IMG/VR virus record: IMGVR_UViG_3300044667_000059
Span: 1-60,539 of that record
Length of the DNA: 60,539 bases
Origin: a virus
Lineage: Duplodnaviria; Caudoviricetes
Reading direction: 5' to 3' (one strand)
Both the position numbers and the translations under genes were made by a program. Under the pieces are notes generated by a model. The model searched no databases and was not told the origin of the DNA. It saw only the letters and a program-made list of their open reading frames with translations. Numbering within the stretch: position 1 is the first letter of the stretch; every line of letters begins with the position of its first letter. Positions 8,403 through 17,648 of this stretch are shown here, in pieces.

Positions 8403-10396
8403 CAGAGCGGCGACAGTTCAACGGCCGCGAGCGGACAGCGTTGTTCCTCGCGGCTGATGGGCGCTGCTCGAACTGCGGTGTCGAACTGGAGCCGGGCTGG
8501 CACGCCGACCACGTGCATCCGTGGTCGCGTGGCGGCCCAACCGATGTGACCAACGGACAGGCACTCTGCCCTACCTGCAATCTGACCAAGGGGAGCAACC
8601 TAGTGACGCACGCTGATCAGTTCAATCCGCGGCCGTTCCAGAAGGCCGTCATCGAGAGCGTGCTGGACGGTATGGCTTCGGGCCGTGACCGCACTGTCGT
8701 GCTGGCAAGCCCAGGATCGGGCAAGACGTTGGCATACCAGGCTGCTGCTACCTTCGCGCACCGCGAGGGAATGATCGATCTGGTGGCCGTGTTCGTGCCC
8801 CGGCTGATCCTGGCTCGGCAGTGCGAGACCGGCTGGATGCACACCAGTGACGGCGAGACTCGCGGGAACCACGCACTGTTTTCGCCCGATGGGCGACTCG
8901 GGTCGATCCGACACGTCAAGAACGACCCGCCGCTCACCCCTCCCGGACGTACCGGTATCGGATTCGTCACCACCTATGCGGCGCTAGTCACCAACTCTGC
9001 GATCTACACCGACTGGGCACGCCGCAACGCCGGACGCTTCCTGCTCGTTGCCGACGAAGCCCAGTTCTGCGGCGCCGACAATGACAAGAACAACGGAACG
9101 CGCGCTGGCGCCCTGATCGCCGAGTTGCACACCCACGCCGCACACACGCTGCTCCTGACCGGCACGCCGTATCGATCGGACGGCCAGCCGCTTATCCTCG
9201 CCGACTACGACGAGCCCGACGAGGCTGGGCGCCGCGCACTGCTCGCACACGCCGAAGCCAGTTACGCGCACGGCATCAGCGAGTGGTACCTGCGCCGATT
9301 CGAGGCCGTCCTGCATGACGCGCGTGTCCGCTACAAGTACCTCGACAGTTCGGTGGACGAGTACAACCTGTCCTCGTCTGGAATCGATCTGCGAGACGTG
9401 CTGCGCAAGCCGGATGTATGGCAGCCGATCGCCGAAGGCGTGGTCGAAGCGGTTCGTGACAAGCAGCGCACCAATCCGGCCTATCGTGGCCTGATTTCCT
9501 GCATGGAGCAGTCGGAGGCCAAGCACGTCGCTGCCTACCTTCAGGCTCGACACCCAGGGCTGCGCGTGTTGCTCGCGATCTCCGACGACGGGCCGGAAGC
9601 CGAGCGTGTCCTGCGCGAGTTCCAGCACCGCGGTGGTGATGTCCTGGTAACCGTCCGGAAGGCGTTCATCGGGTATGACTGTCCGGAGATCACGGTCGTC
9701 GGCATTCTGACGAACTATCGCGACAAGGGCCATTTGATGCAGCTCGTCGGTCGCGGCCTGCGAATGTGGAGCGGCGAGGACAAGCGGTCGCAGTCGTGCC
9801 AGGTGATCGCACCGGACGACCCGGAGATGCAGGCGTTCATTGATTACATGCGCGGCGAATCCGACGAGGGCCTTCGCGAGCGGGATCGACGCGACGCAGA
9901 GTCGGGCGAAGGTGGCAGCAAAAAGCACCACGACGAACTCGGCTACGTCGAGGCTGCGTGGACGACAACGGCGCGGGCGCTGAGCAATGACGGTGAGCTG
10001 GACAGCGAGCAGTTGATGCTGATCCGTTCGATGGCGCAGGAAGCCGGCCTGCCGGCCAATTCCGACCTCAGCGCGATCGCGAAACTGTTGGAGCTTGCTG
10101 GGCATCGGCTACCGGTCGGCGCGCTTGCTGCCGAACCGACATCTGCGCCACGACCGGTGAACGTTCCGTTGACGGAGCAGGAGCAGATCGAGCAGATCAA
10201 GCGCGAGACCACGATGGTGATCCGGGAGACGCTGTCTGCGCGCGGCATTTTGGGTGGCAACCCGGCATACGGGAAGGCGGTCAGCCGTGCGACCGCGGAC
10301 GTGAACACGCGCGCGGGCCTGACTGCCGAGGAGGTTCGGACGGTTGAGCAGGCGCGAGCACGGTTGGCGGCTGCGCGCGAAATGGCAACACCGTGA
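8399..10396 (+). CDS. HNH nuclease - SF2 (DEAD-like/ResIII) helicase fusion
   Basis: CSNC...HADHVHPWSRGGPT...NGQALCPTCN HNH; ASPGSGKT (I), VADEAQ (II), LTGTPYRSD (III), GYDCP (V), QLVGRGLR (VI). Confidence 0.9.
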   Translation: MTERRQFNGRERTALFLAADGRCSNCGVELEPGWHADHVHPWSRGGPTDVTNGQALCPTCNLTKGSNLVTHADQFNPRPFQKAVIESVLDGMASGRDRTVVLASPGSGKTLAYQAAATFAHREGMIDLVAVFVPRLILARQCETGWMHTSDGETRGNHALFSPDGRLGSIRHVKNDPPLTPPGRTGIGFVTTYAALVTNSAIYTDWARRNAGRFLLVADEAQFCGADNDKNNGTRAGALIAELHTHAAHTLLLTGTPYRSDGQPLILADYDEPDEAGRRALLAHAEASYAHGISEWYLRRFEAVLHDARVRYKYLDSSVDEYNLSSSGIDLRDVLRKPDVWQPIAEGVVEAVRDKQRTNPAYRGLISCMEQSEAKHVAAYLQARHPGLRVLLAISDDGPEAERVLREFQHRGGDVLVTVRKAFIGYDCPEITVVGILTNYRDKGHLMQLVGRGLRMWSGEDKRSQSCQVIAPDDPEMQAFIDYMRGESDEGLRERDRRDAESGEGGSKKHHDELGYVEAAWTTTARALSNDGELDSEQLMLIRSMAQEAGLPANSDLSAIAKLLELAGHRLPVGALAAEPTSAPRPVNVPLTEQEQIEQIKRETTMVIRETLSARGILGGNPAYGKAVSRATADVNTRAGLTAEEVRTVEQARARLAAAREMATP

Positions 10397-11034
10397 CGAC
10401 CGTGCGCCGTGTCGGCATGGCTGAGATGACCGACGAGCAGCGCCGGGTCTCAAGGGCGCGCGACGCTCTACATCGTGATGGTGCCTCTCCGGCAGGTGCG
10501 CTGGATCTGCTTGCGAGCATTGTGGAGGACCGTGACTGGGAGAACGTGACGGACGCGAAGGGTAAGCCATTCGCGGGCTTCCGGGCGTTCGTCCGGGACA
10601 AGGCGGTCGGCCTGGACTTCGACCCCGACCAGTTGCCGAAGGTGCTGGAGCTGCGGCACCCGCGGGAATCGCTGCCGGACGTGGCCTACCGGATGGCGAC
10701 GATGCGGCAGGCCGTGCGGGCGCTGCTGCTGGAAGAGATCCCGGTGGCACCCGCAGCCGTTCACGCTGGACCAGGGCGGGGACTCAAAACCGATTGTGCC
10801 ACAACTGGTTTAAAGCCGGACCGAGCGGAGACGGTGGTTTCCCGTCTGAAGCGCGACGACCCAGGGATGGCCGAGCAGGTCATTCGCGGAGACCTCACAC
10901 CGAACGCCGCCGCCCTGGCCAAGGGCTGGCGCAAGCCGCGGATCGTCGTATCCAGTCCGGCCGCCGTCGCCGCAGCCTTGCGCAAGTACATGACGGAGCA
11001 GCAGCTCGCAGAACTGAGGGAGTTGCTGACGTGA
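10393..11034 (+). CDS. Hypothetical protein coupled to the HNH-helicase, probable C-terminal DNA-binding helices
   Basis: GTGA overlaps; SRLKRDDPGMAEQVIRGDLTPNAAA. Confidence 0.75.
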   Translation: MTTVRRVGMAEMTDEQRRVSRARDALHRDGASPAGALDLLASIVEDRDWENVTDAKGKPFAGFRAFVRDKAVGLDFDPDQLPKVLELRHPRESLPDVAYRMATMRQAVRALLLEEIPVAPAAVHAGPGRGLKTDCATTGLKPDRAETVVSRLKRDDPGMAEQVIRGDLTPNAAALAKGWRKPRIVVSSPAAVAAALRKYMTEQQLAELRELLT

Positions 11035-11984
11035 CCGCTTTCGCCGCCATCAAGTGGGCCAGGGAAGCGCCCGTGGTCCGGCGTGCCGACGGCAAGCCGG
11101 ACTCCACGGCGCATCACGTCCTGCTTACCCTGGCGACGTACGCGGACAAGGAAGGCCGCGCTCGGCCGTCCGTGGCGGCGCTGGCGGACGCGACGACGCT
11201 CGCGGACGACACCGTGATGGACGCCCTGCGGCGGCTGGAAGACGCCGCGCTGATCAAGTCTGAGGGCGCTTACGGCGGCACCGGGCCGGATGTGTGGGTG
11301 CTGGCGATGGACACCGTGCGCTCCGATGGGGACGGCGATCCGCTCGGTCGGCGTGCTCGACAGCGCGCTGCGACGGCTGCGCGGGTGGCTCGGCATCGCG
11401 CCCGCCTCAAGGCTGTAACGGTGTCGGAGGGCGTTACAGAGGATCTTGGTAACGGTGCGGGAGACCGTGACGTAACGGTGCGCGACACCGTTACACCGGA
11501 CCCTGTAACGGTGTCGGAGGGCGTTAGTAACGGTGTCGGAGGGCGTTACGTAACGGTGCCGGACACCGTTAGTAACGGTGCCGACTGCGTTACATCCGCA
11601 GGCCCAGGGCTTAGAACTGCCATTGAACTACCAGTAGAACTGCCAATGAACTGCCACCCGTTTCCGGCGGAAACGGCGAGAGCACGCAACACCTACCCCG
11701 CCGACTTCGAAGCGTTCTGGACCGCCTACGGCCGCAAGGGCGCCAAACGCACCGCCGCCGCCGAATGGGCTCGGGCCACCAAGCGAGCCCCAGTCCCGGT
11801 GATCATGGCCGCTGTCGCGCCGTACGTGGCCAGCACGCCGAACCCGAAGTTCCGCAAGGACGCCGAACGCTGGCTCAAGGGCGACTGCTGGGAGTCCGCG
11901 ATCGTCCCGCTCCAACCCGCCGCCGGGGACTACCGGCCCTACCGCAACCCCACCGACCAGTCGGTCTACGACGAGGACTTCTGA
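11031..11984 (+). CDS. Phage replication initiator (lambda O-like architecture, N-terminal wHTH)
   Basis: HHVLLTLATYAD...RPSVAALAD wHTH; internal iterons; FEAFWTAY...K and ERWL C-terminal domain; followed by loader. Confidence 0.85.
   Translation: MTAFAAIKWAREAPVVRRADGKPDSTAHHVLLTLATYADKEGRARPSVAALADATTLADDTVMDALRRLEDAALIKSEGAYGGTGPDVWVLAMDTVRSDGDGDPLGRRARQRAATAARVARHRARLKAVTVSEGVTEDLGNGAGDRDVTVRDTVTPDPVTVSEGVSNGVGGRYVTVPDTVSNGADCVTSAGPGLRTAIELPVELPMNCHPFPAETARARNTYPADFEAFWTAYGRKGAKRTAAAEWARATKRAPVPVIMAAVAPYVASTPNPKFRKDAERWLKGDCWESAIVPLQPAAGDYRPYRNPTDQSVYDEDF
11415..11593. repeat. Replication origin iterons: 7 copies of GTAACGGTG-N8/9-CGTTAC
   Basis: Copies start at 11415, 11449, 11472, 11505, 11527, 11550, 11572; each has inverted ends GTAAC/GTTAC (with variants). 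Confidence 0.88.
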
Positions 11985-11986
11985 CC

Positions 11987-12646
11987 ATGAAAGATCCGAC
12001 CCTGTTCACACTCCCGGACGCGTTCCCGGACCGGGAATTCGACCGGCACTTCATCGCCGAGGCCATCGAACGCGGCGCGGCGCGGTGCGCGAAGGAGATC
12101 CCGCCGCGGTTCGCCGACGCGACGGCTACCGACCCGGATGTGGCTCGGTGGGTGCGGGCGCTGGCCGAGGCTGCCGTGGAGCGGATGCGCGGCTACGTGG
12201 CTGGCGTGTCGACCGGCCCGTCGCTGCTGCTGCTGGGCCCGACCGGGACCGGGAAGACACACCAGGCGTACGGCGCGATACGCGCGATCGCCGCGTCCGG
12301 CTTGCACTGCGTGTGGCTGGCCACGACCGCGGCCGACGTGTACGCGACCCTGCGTCCGCGGCCGAAGGTGGACGCAGAGCTGGAGTTCGACCGGTTCGCC
12401 TCCGCGCGCCTGCTGCTGCTGGATGACCTGTCCGCGGCGAAAGCGTCGGAGTGGACCGAAGAGGTCAACTACCGGTTGATCAACCACCGGTACGAGCACG
12501 CCCTGCCGACGATCATCACGTCGAACGCGGCACCGAAGGAGCTCGCCGCCGCGGCGGGGGAGCGGGTCGCCTCTCGGCTGGTCGAGATGTGCCAGCGCGT
12601 CGTCCTCAAGGGTGAGGACCGCCGCCGGAACCGGGGTGCGGCGTGA
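11987..12646 (+). CDS. DnaC/IstB-like AAA+ helicase loader
   Basis: IPPRFADA, GPTGTGKTH Walker A, LLLLDD Walker B, TIITSN, RVASRL. Confidence 0.92.
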   Translation: MKDPTLFTLPDAFPDREFDRHFIAEAIERGAARCAKEIPPRFADATATDPDVARWVRALAEAAVERMRGYVAGVSTGPSLLLLGPTGTGKTHQAYGAIRAIAASGLHCVWLATTAADVYATLRPRPKVDAELEFDRFASARLLLLDDLSAAKASEWTEEVNYRLINHRYEHALPTIITSNAAPKELAAAAGERVASRLVEMCQRVVLKGEDRRRNRGAA

Positions 12647-12801
12647 ACCACGAGGTCGTGTCCGCCCGGTTGGAGCGTCTGCTCCTGCTGGAGCGCGAGG
12701 ACGCCCTGCTGCGCCGGATCGGCTCGGCTCGCACGGTCGGCCAGGTGTGGGACCTCACTGCCGAGCTGGAGCGGGTCTACCGAGAGTTGGACGCCCGATG
12801 A
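12643..12801 (+). CDS. Hypothetical protein (52 aa)
   Basis: GTGA overlap; MNHEVVSARLERLL... Confidence 0.55.
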   Translation: MNHEVVSARLERLLLLEREDALLRRIGSARTVGQVWDLTAELERVYRELDAR

Positions 12802-12871
12802 CCGCCCCCGCGTGGCCTCGTCTTGGTTGGTGTGGCGCGTGTGGCCGCCCAGCCGAGCACTGGAGCGTGTC

Positions 12872-13342
12872 ATGAGCATCTGGTGCACGATCCTGGACTT
12901 CGCCGACGACGACCACGACGTGGACCGCTGCGACCGGTGGATTCCCTGCACATCCGAGCAGGCGCAGGCGGCCGGACGCGCTGCCTACGGCACGGACGCG
13001 TGGTGGCTCTACGACGACACCAAGCCGTGCACGTGTGCTGCTGGTCCGTTGGCGTACCAGAAGTCCCACGTGGTCCCGACTGCTGACGGTCCACGGGCCG
13101 GCGTGTTCGATCTGGCCAGCATCGCGCCGCACATTGGCCCGGACTGTCGGTACAGCGAGGACCGGGACGTGCACGGGACGCACTTGCCGTTCCTGCGTGT
13201 CGGGTTGCAGGGCAGTGAGGAGGAGCCGGGTGTGGTCGTGCTGGACCGTCGGCAGGTTGCGGAGCTGCATCGGGTGACGGGGTGGTTCCTGGAGCACTGC
13301 GACCCGGAGCCGGCCGCTGAGGCGGAAGCGAGGAGCGCATGA
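12872..13342 (+). CDS. Hypothetical Cys/His-rich protein
   Basis: MSIWCTILDF...; coupled to neighbours. Confidence 0.65.
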   Translation: MSIWCTILDFADDDHDVDRCDRWIPCTSEQAQAAGRAAYGTDAWWLYDDTKPCTCAAGPLAYQKSHVVPTADGPRAGVFDLASIAPHIGPDCRYSEDRDVHGTHLPFLRVGLQGSEEEPGVVVLDRRQVAELHRVTGWFLEHCDPEPAAEAEARSA

Positions 13343-13668
13343 ACGAGGACCAGTGCCGCCCGGTCGAGGTGGACCTGGACGGCGAGCAGACCACGATCCG
13401 GGTCCGTGGCGGCGTGGAGTTGACACCGGAAGACGTCCAGGCGCTCGCCGCGCTTGTGACCGTGGCCCGCGCCAAGGTGGCCACCGAGCACCCGCACGCC
13501 GGCGTGATCCAGGAGCTGATGTTGGCGTGGATGGCGGTGCGCCGTGCGATGCCGGCGAACGACTCGCGTGTCGGCAGGGACCGGAACGTCGCGGCGGTGA
13601 AGCAGCGGATGTCCGACGCGATCGTCGCTGTCCGTGCGGCGTTGGACGAGCGGGCGGCGGAATCGTGA
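13339..13668 (+). CDS. Hypothetical protein
   Basis: GAGGAG RBS, ATGA overlap. Confidence 0.7.
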   Translation: MNEDQCRPVEVDLDGEQTTIRVRGGVELTPEDVQALAALVTVARAKVATEHPHAGVIQELMLAWMAVRRAMPANDSRVGRDRNVAAVKQRMSDAIVAVRAALDERAAES

Positions 13669-14018
13669 GCCGCCTGATGAGCGTGTCCCTCACGGAGGAC
13701 GCCGTCCTGGCCCGGACGAAGACGGTGACCCGCCGGAAGGGCTGGCTGTTCCTCAAGGCCGGCGACCGCCTGACGTTGTGCCGGAAGGTCATGGGCCGCA
13801 AGCCCGGTGAGCCGCTGGTGCGGATCTGTGACGTCCGGGTGGTCTCCGTGCGCCGGGAGCGGTTGGACGCCATCACGGCCGACGAGGTGGCGTTGGAGGG
13901 CTTCCCTGGCATGTCGCCAGCGGAGTTCGTGCGCCGGTTCTTCGTCGAGGCGCAGGGCATCCAGCCTGGCGCCGAGGTGACCAGAATCGAGTGGGAATAC
14001 CTGGACGGTGCGTCGTGA
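13665..14018 (+). CDS. ASCH/PUA-like domain protein
   Basis: KTVTRRKGW, V-S-V-RRERLDAIT...EGFPG ASCH-type motifs. Confidence 0.75.
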   Translation: MSRLMSVSLTEDAVLARTKTVTRRKGWLFLKAGDRLTLCRKVMGRKPGEPLVRICDVRVVSVRRERLDAITADEVALEGFPGMSPAEFVRRFFVEAQGIQPGAEVTRIEWEYLDGAS

Positions 14019-14455
14019 CTGGGCAGGCACGCCGCGAACTCGGCGCCGCAGTGTGGACCGTGGATGTCCCGATGGTCGCGGCTGACAGCCGGGGCCGCGA
14101 GTGCCCGTGGACAGCGAACATGCGCATCCACTGGACGAAGCGGCGGACGTGGACGCAGAAGATCCGATCGGATGTGGCGTGGCTGTTGAAGGCCGCGAAG
14201 ATCCCGCCGCAGGAGCACGTGACGGTCGTGCTCCACTACCGGCCGGGCGACAACCGCCGGCGTGACCCTTCCAACCTGATGCCCACGCAGAAAGCCGCAG
14301 TCGATGCCATGACCACGGCGGGAATCGTCAAGGACGACGCGCCGCAGTGGGTGACCGAACTGATGCCCGTGATCCACCGGGGCGCGGGTGAGCGGGCGTT
14401 GTGGTTGGAGATTCGCGCGGGCCGGCGTGGCGAGGCAACCGAGGAGCAACCGTGA
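14015..14455 (+). CDS. rusA: RusA-like Holliday junction resolvase
   Basis: RRRDPSNL...KAAVDAM...GIVKDD. Confidence 0.82.
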   Translation: MTGQARRELGAAVWTVDVPMVAADSRGRECPWTANMRIHWTKRRTWTQKIRSDVAWLLKAAKIPPQEHVTVVLHYRPGDNRRRDPSNLMPTQKAAVDAMTTAGIVKDDAPQWVTELMPVIHRGAGERALWLEIRAGRRGEATEEQP

Positions 14456-14676
14456 GGCACGCGGTGGACTGGGCGAAGATCGCGGACGCGCTGGAGATGG
14501 CCTGCGAGATCCGGAACGTCAGCCTGCGCGACGTGGCCCTGGAGATCGGGATCTCGCCGAGTGGTCTGACTCGGCTGCGGCAGGGGCAGCACCTGAACGC
14601 GGACGGCCTCGCTGCCCTCGTGGCGTGGCTGTATCCGCAGCGCATTCCGCACTGGGTTCGGGTGGTCGAGCCGTGA
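14452..14676 (+). CDS. XRE-type HTH protein
   Basis: SLRDVALEIGISPSGLTRLRQG. Confidence 0.8.
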   Translation: MRHAVDWAKIADALEMACEIRNVSLRDVALEIGISPSGLTRLRQGQHLNADGLAALVAWLYPQRIPHWVRVVEP

Positions 14677-14933
14677 CCGCGCCGATCGTGATCCGCCGCT
14701 ACTTCGCCGAGGGCACCCGGAAGCACGGCTACCGGTGGACCTGCCGGCTGTGCGGCCAGTCCGGCACCCACCGGTTCGACCGGTTCACCGACTGGGTGCT
14801 GGCCGACTACGGGAAGCGTGACGTGCATCCGCAGCAGCGGTGCATCGAGGGCGCCGAACGGCACCTGAAGCGGCGCCACGGCACACCCCCAGCGACGGTG
14901 CACGTCCACCTGCACATCGGAGGCGCGACGTGA
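14673..14933 (+). CDS. Zinc-finger hypothetical protein
   Basis: WTCRLC...HLKRRH. Confidence 0.6.
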   Translation: MTAPIVIRRYFAEGTRKHGYRWTCRLCGQSGTHRFDRFTDWVLADYGKRDVHPQQRCIEGAERHLKRRHGTPPATVHVHLHIGGAT

Positions 14934-15124
14934 GACATCGCGCGCTCAACCGTCTCGCCGCTGCCTACGGCTTCGCCCCGGCCGAGCACACCCGGCGTGG
15001 ACACCTGCGGTTCCGGCACGCGTCCGGCGCCGTGGTGTTCGCGGCGTCCACACCGAGCGACCGGCGGGCGTGGCGCAACACGCTGGCCCTGTTCCGGCGG
15101 GTCGCGCGGGGAGGCGCGTCGTGA
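14930..15124 (+). CDS. HicA-like (dsRBD-fold) small protein
   Basis: GF...RRGHLRFRH..GAVVF..STPSDRRAWRN pattern. Confidence 0.6.
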   Translation: MRHRALNRLAAAYGFAPAEHTRRGHLRFRHASGAVVFAASTPSDRRAWRNTLALFRRVARGGAS

Positions 15125-15198
15125 CCGCCCCAGGACGTCTCTGTGCCCCGTCCTCACGCCCGGTGGGGTGTCGGGAGGGACGGGGCACGAGGAGACGC

Positions 15199-15486
15199 TC
15201 AGGAGGCGTACCAGTCGATGTTGACATCGCTGCCGACGACGTTCCCGTCCGGGTCGACCAGTTCGATTCCGGTCCGGTATGCCTTGCGGACAGTGCGGGC
15301 GGTCAACCGGGTGTCGCCCTTGATGATCGCGCTGGCCGTGAAGCCGTAGCCGCTGGCGCACCAGTGCGTGTGGCCGTCGCAGGTCGTGGTCTGGATGACG
15401 AGGCGGTCTTCGTTGACGAGCATCGTGCGCTGGATCTCGGCGGCCTTGGCGACGGCGGCTTCAAGTTCGGCGGCGAAGTTGGTCAC
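15199..15486 (-). CDS. Hypothetical protein
   Basis: GGAGGA RBS. Confidence 0.7.
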   Translation of the reverse strand: MTNFAAELEAAVAKAAEIQRTMLVNEDRLVIQTTTCDGHTHWCASGYGFTASAIIKGDTRLTARTVRKAYRTGIELVDPDGNVVGSDVNIDWYAS

Positions 15487-15516
15487 GGTGGTGTCCTCCG
15501 TGGTGGTTGTGGTGGG

Positions 15517-15981
15517 TCAGGCGGCGAACAGTTCGTCCAAGGTGTCGGCGTAGCTGCTCGGGATGTTCCAGAACGGGTCACGCTCGACGGGGGCGGGTGC
15601 TCCGGGCAGGGCGTAGACCTGGCTTGGCCAGGTTGGCTGACCTGCGACGATGCGCACGGCCTGCTGGTGGTAGCAGGTGCGTCCACGCAGCCCGGCCAGG
15701 CACGTGCAGGTGTTCGCGGCGGTCAGGTAGATCTCCTGGCCGTCGGTGGAGACCGTCTGGTAGACGCCGCGGCGCAGGTGGACCAGGCCGCCGTCCTCGA
15801 TCAGCTCGACAGCCTTGTCGACCTGGGTGGTCGACTCCGTCAGGGCGGCTGCCTTGGCGGCCTCCTGGACCTTCGCCCAGCAGGTGCGGCCGTAGCCCCG
15901 GGCGACTGCCTTGGGGTCCGACAGCAGCCGGTGGCAGCGACCGCAGTGGGTGGTGGCCTGGGCGGTGGTCTTCGGCGTCAT
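15517..15981 (-). CDS. DUF6011-like zinc finger plus SWIM zinc finger protein
   Basis: CGRCHRLLSDP...GYGRTC and CTC...CYH. Confidence 0.75.
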   Translation of the reverse strand: MTPKTTAQATTHCGRCHRLLSDPKAVARGYGRTCWAKVQEAAKAAALTESTTQVDKAVELIEDGGLVHLRRGVYQTVSTDGQEIYLTAANTCTCLAGLRGRTCYHQQAVRIVAGQPTWPSQVYALPGAPAPVERDPFWNIPSSYADTLDELFAA

Positions 15982-15996
15982 GCCGAAAGACTAACA

Positions 15997-16296
15997 CCAC
16001 TAGTGAGTGTAGTGCAACCACTAGTTGGTGGTGTTGGGGTCGCGACCGGCCGCCTTCATGATCGCCAACACGTTGTTGTCGCCCATACCCAGGACTTTCC
16101 CGATCTTGTAGCGCGACCAGCCCGCATCCAGCGCTGCCACGACAGCCTTCTGGCGCCGTGCGCGCGCCTCCTCGGCGGCCTTGACGGCGGCGTGGGACTC
16201 GATGAGTTCGCGCTGGATGTCCTCGTCGTTCATGGGCGAAAGGTACCACGCCCTAGTTTGGTCGAACTAGCTTGTGTAGTCCCACTAGTTGGTGGT
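15997..16296. promoter_or_regulatory. Repeated CCACTAGT(T)G operator-like sites flanking a small HTH gene
   Basis: GTGTAGT-N-CCACTAGTTGGTGGT at 16007-16032 and 16274-16296; CCACTAGTG at 15997-16005. Confidence 0.65.
16021..16233 (-). CDS. Small HTH regulator
   Basis: AVVAALDAGWSRYKIGKVLGM. Confidence 0.75.
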   Translation of the reverse strand: MNDEDIQRELIESHAAVKAAEEARARRQKAVVAALDAGWSRYKIGKVLGMGDNNVLAIMKAAGRDPNTTN

Positions 16297-16336
16297 ACGG
16301 TTCTTCTATCAGCAGGACGGACCACGGAGGACCCCA

Positions 16337-16513
16337 ATGGCCAAGCCCGACCCCCAGATCGACGGAGTGATCGACGCCGTCATGAACAAGATCGAGGAAG
16401 ACCCTCGCGCTGCCGCCTACGTCACCGCGGGCCTCTCGGAGCGGGACTACCGCGAGATGCACGCCGCTCGCATCCGCCACTCGGAGCGGCCCCGCAGCGG
16501 CAAGCTCCGCTGA
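16337..16513 (+). CDS. Hypothetical protein
   Basis: GGAGGA RBS. Confidence 0.65.
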   Translation: MAKPDPQIDGVIDAVMNKIEEDPRAAAYVTAGLSERDYREMHAARIRHSERPRSGKLR

Positions 16514-16576
16514 CCTTCCCGTCCCGGCCCTTCGGGGCCGGGCACCACCACCCCCGACCACGAGGAGTAGCCCCCA

Positions 16577-16813
16577 GTGATCAGCCACACGATGGTCAAC
16601 GCCCGAGACCTGCGCACTGGCGACCTGATGCGCGTAGGCGTCAGTACCAACTACGTGCTCGTGGCGAAGGTTGAGCGCGTGGCCGGCGGCGTGTCGGTCA
16701 CGCTGTACGACGGCAATGGCCAGCCGCAGAACACGCCCTACAAGACGTTTCGCCCGAACGCCCAGATCGCACTGTCGATGCGCGACGCCTCGCCGATCCC
16801 GGTTGATGCCTGA
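16577..16813 (+). CDS. Hypothetical protein (beta-rich)
   Basis: GAGGAG RBS; ARDLRTGD. Confidence 0.65.
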   Translation: MISHTMVNARDLRTGDLMRVGVSTNYVLVAKVERVAGGVSVTLYDGNGQPQNTPYKTFRPNAQIALSMRDASPIPVDA

Positions 16814-17025
16814 TGCTCACCGACCACCGCAACCCGGCCACCGAGGAACTGCCCGCGCCTGAACCGGCTGTCCCGCCGATCTTCTTCGACGAGTCGGTGT
16901 GCGGCGAGTGCGGCTGGACCTACACCGGGACCTACTGCGAGGTGTGCACTCCGTGCGATGACTGCGGCCAGATCCCCGCGCTGTGCTGGTGCGAAAGCGA
17001 TTCGACCGATCCGTTCGACGACTGA
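16813..17025 (+). CDS. Cys-rich small protein
   Basis: CGEC, CEVC, CDDC, CWC. Confidence 0.6.
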   Translation: MLTDHRNPATEELPAPEPAVPPIFFDESVCGECGWTYTGTYCEVCTPCDDCGQIPALCWCESDSTDPFDD

Positions 17026-17091
17026 TCCCCCGACCGGCTGGCCCCCATCTTCCCCGGGGGGCCAGCCACCCCCAAACGACTGGAGATCCAC

Positions 17092-17373
17092 ATGAGCAAG
17101 CGCCCGATGCGGTGGCAAGTGGTTGTGTCGTGGACGGTGTACGCGCTGCCCAGTCGAGCCGAACTCGACGCGTGGACCACCGCCGTCGACGGGCGTATCC
17201 AGCCGCCCGCAACGCTAGTCGAGGACGGCTACCCGAAGCTGTTCTCCGCCGAGATCACCGTCGAAGCAACGACGCTCCGCAAGGCGCTCGCGGCTGGGCT
17301 GGCTCGCGTCGAGGACGCCGTTGGCTACGCCGCCAATGGCGTAACCGCGACCAGAACGACCGCGATCCACTGA
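17092..17373 (+). CDS. Hypothetical protein
   Basis: GGAG RBS. Confidence 0.65.
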   Translation: MSKRPMRWQVVVSWTVYALPSRAELDAWTTAVDGRIQPPATLVEDGYPKLFSAEITVEATTLRKALAAGLARVEDAVGYAANGVTATRTTAIH

Positions 17374-17400
17374 CCCCCAACCACCACAAGGAGCACGCAC

Positions 17401-17580
17401 GTGATCGTCGTCAAGCTGAAGCTGACCGACACGGAGAACGGCTACTTCTTCTCGCGCGTCGTGTGCGAACTGGATGGCACGGCGGAGAACTTGCGCGAGA
17501 TCCATGACCCCAACGTGAACCGCGAGATCGCCACGGCACTGCGTCGGCTGGCCTATGAGTACGAAGCGGATGCGCGCTGA
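17401..17580 (+). CDS. Hypothetical protein (59 aa)
   Basis: AAGGAG RBS; MIVVKLKLTDTENG... Confidence 0.6.
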   Translation: MIVVKLKLTDTENGYFFSRVVCELDGTAENLREIHDPNVNREIATALRRLAYEYEADAR

Positions 17581-17648
17581 TCCCTTCCTCTGTCTCGGCC
17601 CCCTGTGGGCCGGGCCCTGACCCCCGAACCGACTGGAGACACACACCG

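Noticed and set aside
11415-11593. Repeats as a mini-CRISPR array
   Set aside because: Several units abut without spacers and all lie in frame inside the initiator gene; they fit iterons
15070-16674. 534-aa plus-strand ORF
   Set aside because: Antisense shadow of three minus-strand genes with RBS or motif support
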